From Chiloscyllium plagiosum (taxonomy: Eukaryota), in assembly GCF_004010195.1 (NCBI RefSeq), contig NC_057753.1, positions 8,743,484 through 8,807,483 on the forward strand: a stretch of DNA of 64,000 bases, given 5' to 3'. Below are positions 61,490-64,000 of this stretch, piece after piece. Below the pieces are notes generated by a model that saw nothing but the letters and a program-made list of their open reading frames with translations, made no database searches and was not told where the DNA came from. The translations under genes were made by a program, and so were the position numbers. Numbering within the stretch: the stretch's first letter is position 1; every line of letters starts with the position of its first letter.

Positions 61490-63975
61490 TGTCTAGGAGG
61501 GTGTTATCGAACAATATGTCAATAGTTCAACTAAGGAAGAGGCCTTTCTGGAACCTAGTTTTGGGAAATGAGCCCGGCCAGGTGGTTCAAGTTTCAGTAG
61601 GGAATTATTTTGGGAATAGAGATCACAATTCCATAAGTTTTAGAATACTCTGGACAAAGTGAGAACGGTCCTAAAGGAAGATTGCTAAATTGGGCAAGGC
61701 AAATCATACCAAAATTCACCGGGAGCTGTGAAATGTGGAGTGGTAGCAAATGCTTGAAGGTAAATCCACATTTGGTTTGTGGAAGGCTTTTAAATAGAGG
61801 TTGATTCGAGTGCAGGAGAGACATGTTCCTGTGAAAATCAGGTATAGAAATGACAAGATTAGGGAACCTTGAATGACAGGTGAAATTGTGAGACCAGCTA
61901 AGAGGAAAAAGGAAGCATATATAAGGTATCAGCGACTTGGGAAGCTTGGGAAGAATATTGGGAGTGTAAGACCAATCTGAAACAAAGAATTGAGAGAGCA
62001 AAAAGTGGTCATGAGATACCTTTAACAAACAGGGTTAAAGAAAATCCCAAAGCCTTTTGTTCGTAAAAAACGACCAAAAGGGAAACTGGAGAAAGGGTTG
62101 ACCCATTCAAGGACAAAGGAGGAAAGCTATGCGTGATGCCAGAAAAAATGGGAGAGATTCTTACTTAGGACCTGGCATTGGTATTCACTGAGGTGAATGA
62201 CATGATGGATGTTGAGGTTAGGGATCGATGTGTGATTGCTCCAGGTCAAGTCAGCAGGAGAGAGGAAGTGTTGGATATTGGAAAAGGCATTAAGGTGGAC
62301 AAGTCCACAGGTCCGGTCAGGATTTATTCCAAGTTACTGAGTGCAGTGAGAGAGGAAATAGCTGGGGCCTTAACAGATATATTTGCAGCACCCCTGAACA
62401 CGGGTGAAGTCCTGTAGGACTGGACAAGTACTAACGTTGCAACCTTGTTCAAGAAGGTTCAGCAGGGATTATCCAGGTAATTTTGGACTGGTGAGCCTGA
62501 CGTCAGAAGTAAGGAAACTGCTGCAGAATATACTAAGGTATAGGATCTATTCCTATTTGGAAGAAAGTGAGCTTATCAGTGATAGGCAACGTGGTTTTGT
62601 GCAGGGAAGGTCATATCTAACCAGCTTAACACAATTCTGAAAGGAAGTGAGAAAGTTAATTGATGAGGGAAGAGCTATAGATGTCATATACATGGGATCC
62701 AATAAGGCATTTGAAAAGGTTCCCCATGGTAGCCTAATGGGGAAGGTGAAGTCGCATGGGTCCATGGTGAACTAGGTAAAAACAATGACTGCAGATGCTG
62801 GAAACCAGATTCTGGATTAGCGTGGTGCTTTTCCAGCACCATTCTAATCCAGAATCCCCTCCATAGTGAATTAGTTAAATGGATAAATAACTGGCTGGGC
62901 AACAGGAGGCAGAGAGTTGTTGTGAACTAAAGTTTCACAAAGTGGAAACCTGTGAACAGTGGTATTTCACATGCATCAGTACTGGGACCACTGTTTGTGG
63001 TATACATGAATGATCTGGAGGAAGATTTTGGTGGTCTGATGAGCAAGTTTTCAGACGACACGAAGATGGGTAGAGTAGCAGATAGTGAAGGAGACTGTCA
63101 AAGAATTCAACAGAATACAGAAAGACTGGAGAGTTGGACCGAGAAATGGCAGATGGAGTTCAATCTGGGCAAATGCGAATTGATGCAGTTTGGAACAACA
63201 AATTCAAGAGCAAATTAGACAGGAAATGGCAAAGTCCTGGGGAAAATTGATGTCCAGAGTGATCTGGGTTTTCATGTCCATTGTTCTCTGGAGGTGGAAA
63301 CGCAGGTCTATAGAGTAGTCAAGAAGGCATATGGCATGCTTTCCTTCATCAGACAGGGTATTGAGTATAAGATTTGGTAAGTCATGTTACAGTCATGTAG
63401 GATTTTTTTTCGGCAACATTTGGAATCCTGTGGACAGTTCTGGTCGCCACATTATAAAAAAGGATGTGGGTGCTTTGGAGAAGGTGCAAAGGAGGTTCAC
63501 TGGAATGTTGCCTGGTATGGAGGACGCTAGCTGTAGAAAGTATGAATAGGTTACTTTTATTTTCATCAGAAAGACAGAGGTTGAGGGGGACCTGATTGAG
63601 GTCCATGAAACCATGAGAGGTATAGAGAGGGTGGATAGCAAGAAGGCGTTTTCCAAAATTGGGACTGAATTACTAGGTGTCATGACTTCAAGCTGAGAGA
63701 GGAATCTTTTCGGGGAGATACATGTCACAAGTTCATTCGGCAGAGAGTGGTAAGAGCCTCGAATGCATTGCGAGTGGAAGTGGTAGAGGCGGGCATGATA
63801 GCGTCATTTAGGATGTATCTAGACAGATACATGAATAAGCAGGGAACAAAGAGATACAAACCTTTAGAAAATAGGCGATAGATTTAGTTAGAGGATCTGG
63901 ATCAGTGTAGTGTTGGAGGGCTGAAGAGCCCGTTTCTGTGCTGTAATTTTCTTTGTTCTTTGTTCCTGTTCTATA
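61490..63975 (+). mobile_element. CR1 LINE ORF2 and 3' end, inactivated
   Basis: KVDKSTGP, VSLTSEVRKLL..QRGFVQGRSYLT, VLGPLF..KFSDDTK; tail ttctttgttctttgttc. Confidence 0.9.
62776..62859. mobile_element. 84-bp Penelope-terminus-derived hairpin insertion with imperfect 15-bp TSD
   Basis: begins gtaaaaacaatgactgcagatgctggaaac (as at 56729); inverted arms 62808-62829 and 62835-62856; flanks tccatggtgaactag / tccatagtgaattag. Confidence 0.75.
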
Positions 63976-64000
63976 TTTGAGCAGCTTACAAGGGCAGTGA

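Noticed and set aside
1..64000. CRISPR array, rRNA, histone genes, prokaryotic operons
   Set aside because: No regularly spaced repeat-spacer pattern or matching motifs seen; the sequence is vertebrate genomic DNA

Overview
Eukaryotic, repeat-rich vertebrate DNA that looks like a cartilaginous fish (shark) genome. The basis is the repeat content: HE1/V-SINE-type SINEs, abundant CR1 LINEs, Penelope-like elements and Rex1/Babar fragments. There are three assembly gaps, and most of the window is decayed retroelements. The non-repeat content is: (1) two apparently intact, convergent, two-exon class A GPCR genes of the GPR139/142-FMRFamide-receptor-like type (14482-17053 + and 49772-52576 -), plus at least one pseudogene copy (~54200-55075 -); (2) a ~9 kb graveyard of ten decayed tRNA genes (Pro, iMet, Asn, Ser, Arg-like) with a local duplication and recurring flank modules, including a tRNA-Pro(CGG) relic with an 18-nt insert at the canonical intron site; (3) a C2H2 zinc-finger pseudogene. 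Penelope terminal sequences carry minimal hammerhead-ribozyme motifs and recur as short inverted-repeat elements. There is no CRISPR, rRNA or prokaryotic system. All family assignments come from motif recognition by eye, not database searches, and repeat boundaries are approximate unless stated otherwise.
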